A DNA stretch of 64,000 nucleotides from assembly GCA_976226885.1 (NCBI GenBank), contig OZ320313.1:61256001-61320000 (forward strand), in the 5' to 3' direction. The notes beneath the pieces are model-generated. The model searched no databases, was not told the origin of the DNA, and was given only the letters and a program-made list of their open reading frames with translations. Of the stretch, positions 37,509-48,855 are shown piece after piece; the first letter of the stretch is position 1, and every line of letters starts with the position of its first letter. Both the position numbers and the translations under genes were made by a program. Source of the stretch: Iphione sp. A-MEVVRFRX5 (taxonomy: Eukaryota).

Positions 37509-38492
37509 TTAGAGGCGGACTGACTGGCGTTGGGCGTGATCGCGAAGTTCAGTCAGTAACCTTCCCAGATGATTTTCTCCTTGAAAGTTACCATTCAGCA
37601 GTTGACCTGATCGAAGAGTGTCACCTGCACCCCAAAACGAATCCAGGCTCGCCTCAATCAACTTTAGATTGTTCGTCTCGAGTAGTTTCTTTCCTAGTCG
37701 GGTATTTTGATTGAACTTCGCTTGTAGTAGTTCTCGCATGACATCACACCGTTTGACATTCCAGCTATCATCAAGAAGCAGTCCTCTGCTCTTTGTTTTG
37801 ATATGGGCAGGATCATTCATTTGTAAGAATTCTTTCTGCTTCACACGATCACCCAGGTGCTCGCATTTTGCAATTGCGTAACCCTGTTCCACTGAGTGCA
37901 TGGTCATACCATGCCATGTGAAAGTGCAATTGTAAAAGTTCGACAAGGGATGGTGTTTACCAGCAAATGCCAGGTAGTCCCTATTACTGACCTCAGAGGC
38001 ATTCTCCAATGAGAACTCAGCCGGTAGGTTGTGCAGATTAGAGTGAGTGTACATATGTCCATTTATATACAAACGATCACCCTCGAGTTTTGTGTTTGCG
38101 CCTAGGTTTTTCGCATGGAAAAATACTTTCCTGAGCTCTGCTCTCGAGGACCTCTGTGTAGGAGTTAAATCGTCATTAATCCACACACCTCGAAGATGTT
38201 TAATGTTTGATTTATGGTTGATCACTTCAGTTTTCCACGAATATTTAACAAAACTGACCAGTACATCACGGTGTTTGTTGGGAACTCGAGTACCAAGTCT
38301 AAAACACTGATCAATTTCATAAGGGTGAATTGTTGGTGAGCATGTCTGGAGAATAGACATGACTTTCTCCATCAGTTGCCTGGTCATTTCTGATTCCTCT
38401 TCCATTAGTCCAGAAATTACGATATTGTTTTTCCTTAGGACTTTGTCTGTTTTGGAATCACTAGTTTGTCGAATATATCCCAGTGAATACAC
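37509..38492 (-). CDS. LINE ORF1 protein: L1-type RRM + C-terminal domain (aa ~20-150) fused to a NADAR/YbiA-like domain (aa ~173-320)
   Basis: ORF1 motifs RKNNIVISGL.E, IDQCFRLG, RDVLVSF, VWINDDLTP..R..R..L, GDRLYING. NADAR motifs LSNFY, SVEQGY..AK, DP...K, W...R.DVM..LL.AKF.QN..L...LL.T....L.EAS.DSFWG.G, G.N.LG.LL.ELR match the YbiA/NADAR pattern. Start codon (GTG at 38492) is nominal; true N-terminus probably lost. Confidence 0.9.
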   Translation of the reverse strand: MYSLGYIRQTSDSKTDKVLRKNNIVISGLMEEESEMTRQLMEKVMSILQTCSPTIHPYEIDQCFRLGTRVPNKHRDVLVSFVKYSWKTEVINHKSNIKHLRGVWINDDLTPTQRSSRAELRKVFFHAKNLGANTKLEGDRLYINGHMYTHSNLHNLPAEFSLENASEVSNRDYLAFAGKHHPLSNFYNCTFTWHGMTMHSVEQGYAIAKCEHLGDRVKQKEFLQMNDPAHIKTKSRGLLLDDSWNVKRCDVMRELLQAKFNQNTRLGKKLLETNNLKLIEASLDSFWGAGDTLRSGQLLNGNFQGENHLGRLLTELRDHAQRQSVRL

Positions 38493-41020
38493 TAGAACAT
38501 TTAATTTCCCACATAATACATGTAGTTGAAATATGATTTAACACCTATATTAGTTGATGGTTTAGTTTGTTTTTCTTCCAACCTGCTGGAAGCCCATGGA
38601 TCGTTTGATTCATGACGGATAGAAAACAAGGTTCGTTTTTCTAGTGTAATGAAACAGACTCTAGTTTGTGTTTTGTCACCAGAAGATAACCACCTGAGGA
38701 TCTGATACCTCAATAGATATTGGTTGAAGTATCCAATTTAAAAATTGATAAATTCAAGGTAGATGTACGATAATTAACGTGTATATACTTATAACAAGCA
38801 TGCCTATTTTCAAATCACAATGCTTTCAGGGGTCATTTTATAGGCACATTTGCATGAAGGGAGGCGAATGTAACGCAAAGTTATATGTATGTGAATCTAT
38901 CAATGATTGAGGTAGTCGCGGTTCACAGAAATGCTGAGTCATGCTTTTGGTTTTGCCCGACTGCGAGCTATTGTTACGACCAGGATTCGCACAGAGCTGC
39001 ATACAGGTAGAAACTAACTCATTGCGAAACACATTTCAGGATGGATTGCTGTAGTGGTGAGGTTGCATCGTTAATCAACAAAACGTTCTCATTTTTTTTC
39101 TATCTCTCTCACTGTATTGGAATACTTATGTTACGATATTTCAGTATAAAAATTTTTATTTCGCTTGCAATATTTGATTACATCCACAGCTATGAATTAA
39201 AACTTGATCAGGTGCGAAGGAATAAATAATTGACATTCTGATATGTTTTCCATTTTATTAATATACTATTATCTAGCAACCTCTTCTGCGCATCGCTACA
39301 ATTATTAAATATCTTCATGTATATGACAAGGGTACCGCGAAAATATAATCAACGGCCTTTTCAGGGGTCATAGGGGCGGATGATATTATATCACAATATA
39401 TATGGTACCGGTATAGTTTTTAAAGCACTCGTTCAAAGTATTTGATATTGTATACAAACGAAACTATAATCACGAAGTCCAACATTTGGATGTCGGTCCT
39501 TACAGGAATTTGCATTCCCTGAAGCCATTCTTACCCCTAAAGACCGTCCACTTGCCATTCATATGTCTCCCTACTTTTAATAGTTTTATTCTGGAAAGGT
39601 TGAAATATTGTCACGATTTCCAGCGCAGAGATTGTAAAATTGTCAATTGCTATTCTCATCACTTAATGAAGATGGAAAAGCAGGTTACATACTTTTTGGC
39701 CTGAAGCTGAATAAGAATGCCTCCGAATAGCGTGTACAACAACGAAGCAGCTGCCGGCATGGACCAACCGAAAGGATACTAGGCGTAGCTAATTGAAGTT
39801 CATTTAAATTCTGAGAAATTGCTACGCGTTGGACGACAACGCATTTGCTTTTCGCATGCGAAATTACCATCAGCCGTCAATGAGACGTCAAAGTGATGCG
39901 TTTGGTAGATCGACGATCGCGTTGCAATGACAAAGGGAAGCTCAAAACGCGTTTTAGCTTTCTTTATTGGCTCATTAGGGCGCAGTACTTGGGACGATCA
40001 AACCTGTTTGATTTTGAAGGAAGCAGCCATTCGTATCGCCAAATGTGGATTTACAATTTCGGAAGCGATTGCTGGTTATTTCTAAAATATAACATTATTC
40101 TCAACAGGATAAAATGCTAGTTTTTATCAAAGTATGAATCGCGATTACCCATTTAAGTCATATTTTTAAGAAAGGTGTCACCGGGCCCCTGATCATGATA
40201 TTTGTTATATAAACTTTATTGTGAAAAGCTGAAATTTGCATCGACATATATATATATATATATTTATATATGATGTGATTACAGACTTAATCTTGAATGT
40301 AAACAGCTGTGAGATTGGTTTATTCCATTTAAGTGTTTCCAAATCCAGGAACTTTATCTTAATTGGCGGTGAAATCCACGTGTGAGATTGAATTAATTTA
40401 CCAATAATTAAAGAAAGAGGGGAACACGCCTACATTTAATGTGTTCGCCACAGACGGATTGATACATCGCTACGGTCACAAAAACTAAGCCTGACGTTGA
40501 AATTTTACATCCTTTTGAAATGGAGCCTCATTAACTGGTACTCCAGTAAGATTTCTTCTGAAGTTTTGGTGATATATATGTCGGGGAGATGCAACATCAG
40601 ATGAAAATTTGATTCCGAAGGATGGAAATTTGTCTTTTTCATTTTCCTTCTTTCAGACCAATATTCTGATCATATATTTTCGACGTCCCACAGATTCTCC
40701 GAGTCTAATATGTATGTAAATTGAGAGGTGAATGACTGTGATAGTGACAAGTTGGACAGTTTTGCTCCAAAGTAATTAGAGAACTGAGAATTTGTTTTGG
40801 TGACAGTGATTTGCATAGTAGTGAGTGGCATAACTTTAAAAATGCTGCCCTACATGTGCCAAATACTCAAGGTCCACCGAGGCAATCAATGCATCCTGTC
40901 CCTTTTAGAACTCGTTTTAAACAATCAATTACCGCTCTTGACTACTTTCTCGCTACTCATGTACCTCTCTGATCTTGTTTAGCGCCTCCCTCTTCCGCCC
41001 ACTTGCCACTTCTGGCAACT

Positions 41021-41486
41021 TGTAACGGCTGGAAACCGGAGGTCAACCAAGCCGAAGATAAAAGCAATAGGTTGGGCGCTGTCCTTTCTCCACCGCACGC
41101 TTCAGTTAACCCAAAGCGGCAGCACAATAAAGGCAATTCAAGCCGCTCCCCTTGAAAAGGTCATCGGCATTCTTCAAGGCCGAGACGACCAGCGCGGGCC
41201 TTGACCTCCAATTATAGTGTCAAGGTCGTCGAAGGTCACCAGATGTCACCAGATGCACGACCTGAGGGTGCCACACACGCGTTCGACCACGGCTCACGCA
41301 TGTGTGCGCCGACTCTTCCTGTCACTCGCGCACGGTTGCATCCTGCCGCCATCAATCTGGATATTTCCGATGGCATCATGGTGGCGGTCATTCCAGACGG
41401 TTTCCTCCTTTCATTTATGGTCACGGGGTTGGGGTAGCACTCATCTCTCACGTGTTGGACACCCAAACCCCGAAGCGTCAGTTACA
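41021..41486. mobile_element. Probable solo LTR (466 bp)
   Basis: Ends TGTAAC...GTTACA and GC-rich interior; flanking 4-mers AACT/AGCC differ by two transitions so TSD is unconfirmed. Confidence 0.5.
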
Positions 41487-43083
41487 AGCCAGCTGTTTAA
41501 TTTATCAGTGGTTTCCTAGATTTTTATGAAGAATTTAAAATAACACAAATTTCGTACTTTCTCATGGCACTATCGTCAAAAAGATTTATCATGTCATTAC
41601 AGGATCGAATATATTTTAACATAAATACTATTCATACATTGTAATTTATTACTGTCTTGGACACATTGGATACATGACCTAAAACAATGGCTAAAAATAT
41701 GTGTAAATGTTTGAAACATTTCAAAAATCAGAAATGCACTGCATAATTTTTATGAATCATTTAATGAATGTTCCATTTATTTGAATACATATTGGCAAGC
41801 ATAGATGCAGTATTCATTATCACATTGTTAATGTAAGAAAGATTCCTCGGAGCATGGGATCTAATGGAAAGTAATTCATGCTTGCATTCATCCCGTCATG
41901 TCTTCGTATTGCCATTAAAGAATTTAAAAAGGGTGAAATGTAACGCCATTTCACGAATGAGTAATTGTTTCCAAATGTTACATCGAAAATCAGCAAATCC
42001 ATTGAAGAAGAGGGTTTATAGCTATTGGTCCTGAAATCTGTATGACAAATATATTTGAAACTAAATGTCCTTTTTATGACAAACCTGTTATAACACTACA
42101 TATCTCCCAAATATTTTCATATTATAGACATCTTCTGAATGTCGCCTGTAGGAATGAAGAGGCGACTATAACGTTACCTTCAAATCTTCGAGAACAAGAA
42201 ACTGAATGGGAGAAACAATTTAATTAAGTGGCGAGTTAAGGCAGGGTGGTCACCCAATTTTATTGCAAACCTGCCGTTTCACCAAATCTCCTGTTCTCCA
42301 AGGCTGTTCTAGTTTGATTTAATTTCCATCAGTAGGATCACGACTTTTTCACGATAGACATATAAGAAATAATCGTATTTCTGACACGAACATCGGTTTA
42401 ATGATTCTTTCAGCATCACAATGCTGTATTTACGAGGCCTAATGCCACCGAAATCTTTTTCACATTTCATGAAAATCTGCTCGCGATAACCTTCAAAAGT
42501 AGCGATTTCTTAGGGAAACGTAATATTGTAAGAACCAAATGTAATCAATTGATTGGAAATTCTATCCGTTTGGGATTAAAATTAAGTGGTTCATGCGGTA
42601 TTGGAACATACTTTTTGTTCGTATAGAACGTTTCGAGGCATTTATCTTTCCACTGCCTCATAAATCCCTATTGATGTTAGATCCAACGATATTCAATACA
42701 CAAATGCATATACATTCTGACTGAAGAGAGTTGTCAGTGTCTTTTTAATCAGGATCGGTAGTTTAACTTGCATTTTTCCTTCACTAGTAATATAGATATA
42801 CAGGGATTCTTGCTGATTAAATTGCCCAATTTCAAAATATCTGTTCAAATACGAGAAAGGGGTAAAACACGTCTTACGCCCCCACATATGTATGTATATT
42901 TATAATGTATGTTTCCTAAGGACGCTGCGCCGAGGTCAGCACCTCAGCACAGAGTCAGAATCGAACGCTAGACCAGTTAGTTGTTTTTCATTGCGGCGTC
43001 AAATGTTTTTACTTGGGCCGTAGAAGAACTTGGTGGCAGTGACATCCAAACGCCATTTCCTGTTCACACAGCCTGATGGTCGT

Positions 43084-43775
43084 TGTCGGAGAGGACCGGG
43101 AGGTTAGGTTGTTTTACAGTCGGCGGGGGAGTCTCCCACACGTTGAAGTTAGCCCCGGAGCCCGTCTACCGCCGTTACCGTTCTCCATAGCTCTCATCCC
43201 CTCTTCAAACGCACACCTACAGTGAATACGAAAACCTGCAAGTGATTAGAAAAAGAGGTCGATGAAAAAAGGCCACACACTTAAGATGGGTGGCTCCGAG
43301 TGAAAGGCCAATGCTGTCAGATCAATGATCCCATGAGCTGCTCGAGGTAGAGGAATAGACAATGCGCCGAGCGACTCCCAAGTCGCGCGCCGGGAATACA
43401 AAGTTTAATAGTTAATTAAGGTAAGGGCCACAAGGGCCGGAAGAAAGGGTCCTTGGGCGTAGGCAATCGGACGACCTGGGAGATGCTTGAGATGTGAACG
43501 GATTGGCATAGGGGCGTCAGGGGAGGCTACTAGAAGAGCCTTGGCTGAGGCTCGGGAAGCGAGTGGTTATGGGGGAGAGCGGTGGTATATCCCTCGGGGT
43601 GGTCCAACTCGACCGGTTTATCAGCAGACGATGCAGGGTCTGGATCTCAATAGGGCGCGGTCGTTCGTGGTAGGGTGGTGCCCATTATTTATGCCACTTA
43701 CGCAAATTCTTACCATTTATAGGTTGCATCAATGTAATAAAAATCGATTACGTCGTAAGTCACTGGCGTTACATT
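43084..43775. mobile_element. LTR-like GC-rich block
   Basis: TGTCGG start, GTTACA near 43773, partial similarity (AAGGGTCC.TGGG...TGGGAGATG) to the 1 kb and 51 kb blocks; termini do not match each other, no TSD. Confidence 0.28.
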
Positions 43776-45340
43776 TTTAGTTTCAACTTATCAACTATAC
43801 TACTGACCTGGGTCATGACCCCTGCGAATTTTCTGCTAACGAATTCACTTGGATACACATCCCTCATAATCCATTTCATCTCACCCCTGGTGCAATGGTC
43901 AGTATGTCTGAGATGTCATGCTCTTGCTTGATTACCAATTGAAAGCGAACTGAGAAGTTAAGCCCACGTTAACGGTGGCTGCTCCGCTGATAAATATTAT
44001 CAAGGCGGACAGTGCGCTATCATTCTCAATGGCAGCTCCCATACTATTGGTTGTTCCTATGGTTACTAATTCAAAACCATCCACCATAACGGTAACTAAA
44101 TCCTGTCCTGTTGTGGAAGCAGGAGACGCGCACTGGGCTTCTCATAATAAGGGAAGGTTGAGTATTCATTTCAACATTAACAGTCGACACTCATACCCAT
44201 ATCACAAGACTTGGCAAGCTTTGCTGATCTCTCGAAAAAGCCTCTTCGCGAGAAGCAGATGTGTCTGTCGTGTGCTGTATGTCTTAGGAGATGGGCTCTC
44301 TCAATGGAATTAATAAACGTACATAAACACACCGGCTCTGAAAATCAAGATTAAGTGATGATGGACAATGTCCAAGACTCTCAGCGATGAGTCAATTAAA
44401 GCACGACCACAGCGTCGGTGGCTGTCCTGACGGAGTACATTATATACATATAGTGTCTGATGAAAGTAAATATATTATGATGATTTAATAATGCCATATT
44501 CTCCTGGCAAAATATGTACTCAGGAAGGTGTGAAGTAATTACCGAAAGGCGGCCAGAAAGCGCCAAGGCCAACAGTCCTGCAGCGTGCAGCGTCAGAAAT
44601 ACTTTATCAGTCGCAGTAGATGCTCGGGCACTAGTAGAATTGTATCGTGTTTTTGCCGTTTGTCCTAGGTCCCACAAGGACGTATGCCTGTATTCTGACA
44701 CACGCACCACACCAACTGCAACACGCGCCACCCGTACGCAATGTGCCGCATTGCCCAGAACAGCTACGTGGCATGCATATAACATGAGGATGGCTAGCAG
44801 TGTGAAAATGAGAGTTAAAGGGGGTAGGGTTGAGGAAGGATGCAGATACTGGAATGTTGTTATCCTGAGCATCATCAGACACAGCGCCCTAGTGTCCAAG
44901 GCTTGTCACTAGGGTGCACCATTTACTATAAAAAGCCAACACTTGTGACAGAATTACAACCGTCCGAGTCGTTAGTCTATCCTGCAGGGACTAAGACGGG
45001 TTCATTCACCTCACTTTTTACTCGAACGGTTTAACTTATTACCCACACAAAGAAAGGTCCAGTATTTAGGAGCAGAACAAAAGCCGAAGGTCACATCGTC
45101 ATATATAGCATAATGAGAATGTTCTGGCAGTCTGTCTTGGACAGCACATGTGTAAGAATAATGATTTTTCATGACCTTTTATCAATCATTCTTCAATGTC
45201 CCTGCAATTTACCAAAAGTTAACTTCACTATCAATGTAGATTTTACATCTTGAGGAGGAAGTGGCTCCAAGATTTCCATACTTCCATCTCTAATGATTTT
45301 CTCCCCAGAATATGCCTTTGGCCACATTGCATCTGTAACA

Positions 45341-45674
45341 GGTGGGTGTGGGAGTTACCCTAGTGGTAGAGCACTGGTCCACTGATTGAGAGGTCACAAG
45401 TTCAATCCCAGGCTTGGGACTTGTGATCATGACCAGACAGATTTACTGTAGCCCAAAACCAGAGTGGTCCACAACTTGTATAAAGGCTTTAAGTGTATAG
45501 GATTCTGTGTCCTATATATGCACCCAAAAAACCCAGAAACCTATTCAAAATAAGAGTAGGGGGCAACTCTGGGTACTCTGGTCACTCAATTCTCAATAAT
45601 AGAGGGTAGTATGCTACTCAAGGAGAATATGGAAGAGCCTTGGTTAAAGATAAAAGGAAATGAAATCAAATGAA
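45341..45674 (+). mobile_element. tRNA-derived SINE (central region reminiscent of MetaSINE core)
   Basis: A-box-like CTAGTGGTAGAGC (~45360), B-box AGTTCAATCC (45399-45408), central GTGTATAGGATTCTGTGTCCTATATATGCACC...AAGAGTAGGG, tail GAAATGAAATCAAATGAA. Core-family assignment from memory, unverified. Confidence 0.62.
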
Positions 45675-47171
45675 GCAGCAAACGTAATACTACTTCCATA
45701 TCGCTTGTTCTTTAATTGGTGGTTTAATTTCGCATTTTTATTACAAGCTGTGAGATCACCGGAAAGTGCATAGAGGTATTAACCTTTGTTGCATAAGATT
45801 TAACGTTTGAAAATATTGCAAAAGATTAAGCTAATAGCATCGATTTTTTAAGCTTTTAATGACGGGAATATGATATATTAAATGAAGTAGATAATGGATC
45901 GTTATTCTTCAATGGGTTTTCTCAGTTTAGACGGGAATTTCATCAGAAAATATAGCGCCAGACAGAAAAGTGTGAACGTATTATGCATGATTGGTGTTTT
46001 TATTCAAGTTGGAAGTGATATCTAAAGACACGCATGTAGTCTCGTTCGTGTTCGAATACTTTGACTTTCTATTATAACCTAATCTGAAAGGCAAGACACA
46101 TCTTTCAGCCATATAATTTACGTGTTACTACTTACCCACCAAAGTTGTGACGCATTAGTTTGGCTTTCTGACCACAAATGAATGCGACAGCCGGCCAAGT
46201 TATTCAGTTAATTGACGTTAAAAACAAGAAGGTAGGATGACAAACAGGTCATCAATCTTGATTAGATTTCCTTTAATCTAGGGACTGGAAACGACCACCT
46301 CAAATTTCAATTCCGGCAGGAATTTTGCCTTTCTTTTACGGAACAAATAAACGCAACAGCACTGAGGGTGTCAGCATAATACAGAATTAAGATGAGGTGT
46401 TGTGGCCGAGGATTGGGGGAGGTTTTTTTGTTAAGAGAAGCACCACATGGAGCCGGTATGATGAGACGCAGGAACGGGCGAACTGGGAGTCATGAAAAGG
46501 TTGAACGGGTGACTCGGTCACTGCATAACTACTCCCTGCTTTGTCCCTACCCTACAGCCGGGGCTATATAGCAGTTTGCTCTCTCGCACCCCGACATTAA
46601 TTCCACTTAACATGTCGTACCTCACATCTCCTACCTTCCTCCTTCGTGTCGCATTTCATTTCCCGCAACGACAACTCACACGCACTATATCTGCATGATA
46701 TTTAAAGAAGTGGATACCAGCATTTCGCATTTTCACACGGGTAACGCGTCCAGAACTGTTCTCTGTTGAGTAAAATCTACTGCAGCTGCAATTTAATAAA
46801 TGTTTCACGTTCATTTACTCCACTTTCTGAACCGGCAAGCCTCATGATCTACAGAGGATTACACACCTCTCGTGCCAATGATGCCTGACATAATACCAGG
46901 ACATTCTGCGTTCTTGTAAACTCTGAGCAGTGAGGTCTATGTTATGTCGTTCTCATTAGTTGAATAATAAGGCTGCAAATAATAACTTAAAACTCCAACA
47001 AGGTATTAATCTGGATACATGGGGTGCGCGCTTTGACAGGGGTGCCGTGTGTAATATTATCAATTATTCTAGGCAGGCCCTTTTTATGGACTAATCCGAA
47101 ACATTTGGGACATTACATTGGTCTTGTAGGTCATGGTTTCCAACTTATTTACCAACGATGAGCGTGACAAA

Positions 47172-47897
47172 TGTCACGACCCGTTGTGGCTCGACCAATT
47201 ACCATCGTATGGAAATGAGCAGTGGGTTGTGGCCCTACAGACCGTCCCTGCGGGAGTGAGGGAAGCCCCATGAGAAGTAGAAGCCTCTAGGAAACAGAAG
47301 GGCATGCAGATATTCATATGAATTCGAGGCACCCCGAAGCAACGAGCCAACGGACTGAACGTTCCCTGAATTACAATTACGTTTGTACACCATTGTACCT
47401 TAAGTATTAGGGAAAAGCTTACAACAAAAATAGAGAGAGAAATACTCCCGGAATGAAGTATTCCGGTATGTGGACCGTTCGGTAATGGCCGTGTGATACA
47501 TGGATTGAGCAACACCTCCTGTCAGATCAGACTGACCCTGCAACTTCAACCCTTGCCGACCCAACGGATGACAGGTGCCTGTCGGCCGTCAAGTAGCTGA
47601 CACTGCTTGCCGCAGAAAAAGATTCTTCGATCCGGCAACCACCATCATGCCCTTTTATTCCCCTGATTGTGTGCACCTCTGTCGGCGCCCTCGCTTCTTC
47701 ATTGCACAGCAGGAACAAAGAAGCCAGCAGGAGGAAGACGTGCGGGTCTACAGAGGTCTGCTGCGGGGATCTATAATTTCTATACGCTTCTTCACCTTCT
47801 GGGATCCATGCATTGTGCCACACGACAGCGAGTATCATTGCCACGATATCAGATAGTGGACAGTGTTCCTGCTGTCGGACTCGTAAAACAAGTGACA
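47172..47897. mobile_element. Solo LTR (726 bp), likely Gypsy-type
   Basis: Ends TGTCAC...GTGACA; perfect 4-bp target-site duplication CAAA at 47168-47171 and 47898-47901; GC-richer than flanks; no internal ORF homology. Confidence 0.75.
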
Positions 47898-48379
47898 CAA
47901 AGGACCGAGATTGTGTTGTTCATATTTTTTTCTTTGCAGAGGAAAGCAAATATAAAGTTTAAAGATATCTGAACTATCTAGAAGAGAAGCTCACGTATTA
48001 AATCCTAAAGGGAGCGTTTGGTCGTTCAATGCGGAGGGCATTCTGGCGCATTTCATTGGTACCACTAAAGCAAAGGCACACTACGTATAAAGGACCTCAG
48101 ATCAAATGAACCAAAAAGCTAAAGCGAAAAAGGAACACTCACAAAGGGGGACGGATAAGATTTTCCCTGTCATATGACCTTCTTAGCAGCGGGTACAAGC
48201 AAAAATAGTTTGAAGTGTTAAACAGTGAGCTTGACCTAGACAAAGAATTGTCAATTTCATATTTGCTATAGTACATGTAATGTTAGCGATTGGTCAGGAG
48301 CCAATTCGCCTCTGGAAAATGTATTGATGTTTTCCGGAAGGTTTTTCCTGAGTGAGTGTTAAAAGGGTAGTTTTCTTTT

Positions 48380-48855
48380 CCCCTGAAAGAGAAAAAATCA
48401 AAGTCAAAATTGAAAAGTTATTTTATTAACAATAAAAGGAAGGAAAACTTCAGGGTACCTTAAGGCTAAAACTTATCAAGATGTATCACAAACAGGCAAG
48501 TAATTTTTGAGATCTAGCAAGCACTTATCCACCTAAAATCAATATCTACTGCAGTGTCCTTTACCAGTAGCATCACTTGTCATATAGAAACCCTTTCCGA
48601 AAATATGCCTAGTACCGGACTTCCTCCGGGCTTGTGCAATACCTAACATTACATTATATCATCCTTAACCTACTGTAAATACCTCCCCTTCATCATGCCT
48701 CATTCCATCATCATTGGATTTCACTCTGGTTAGATAAGATGTCATTCTCTTAAACACTGTTAGCTGCAACAATGCCTATTATGTACACGACTGCATCTCT
48801 GGATATGTAGGGCCACGGACCCACCACCTTCCAGAATAAATAAACGTTTAAAAAA
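48380..48855 (+). mobile_element. Short 3' fragment of a LINE family related to the main element
   Basis: 48380-48463 encodes PLKEKKSKSKLKSYFINNKRKENFRVP*, matching main ORF2 C-terminus PLPKDKILKKHLKSYFLSKLRKENWRVP*; ends in TTCCAGAATAAATAAACGTTT-A6 like the main element. Confidence 0.78.

Larger units (their letters stand above)
32580..38492 (-). mobile_element. Near-complete non-LTR retrotransposon (LINE, CR1/L2 group, possibly Crack/Daphne-like) with ORF1-NADAR, SGNH esterase ORF and EN-RT ORF2
   Basis: Co-oriented ORF1 (RRM/CTD+NADAR), esterase ORF, APE-RT ORF2, ~370 nt 3' UTR, AATAAA (32609-32604) and A19 tail (32598-32580). 5' boundary uncertain; no TSD found. Clade assignment is by motif resemblance only. 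Confidence 0.92.

Noticed and set aside
38821-38860. TGCATGAAGG as 5' TSD of the main LINE
   Set aside because: Only 8 nt match the 3' flank (TGCATGAAAAGC) and the intervening 350 nt show no element-like features; not adequate evidence.
42236-42662. Kolobok-like MITE starting TTAAGGCAGGG
   Set aside because: Only a partial inverted match (CCACTGCCTCATAA) at the other end; termini and TSD could not be established.
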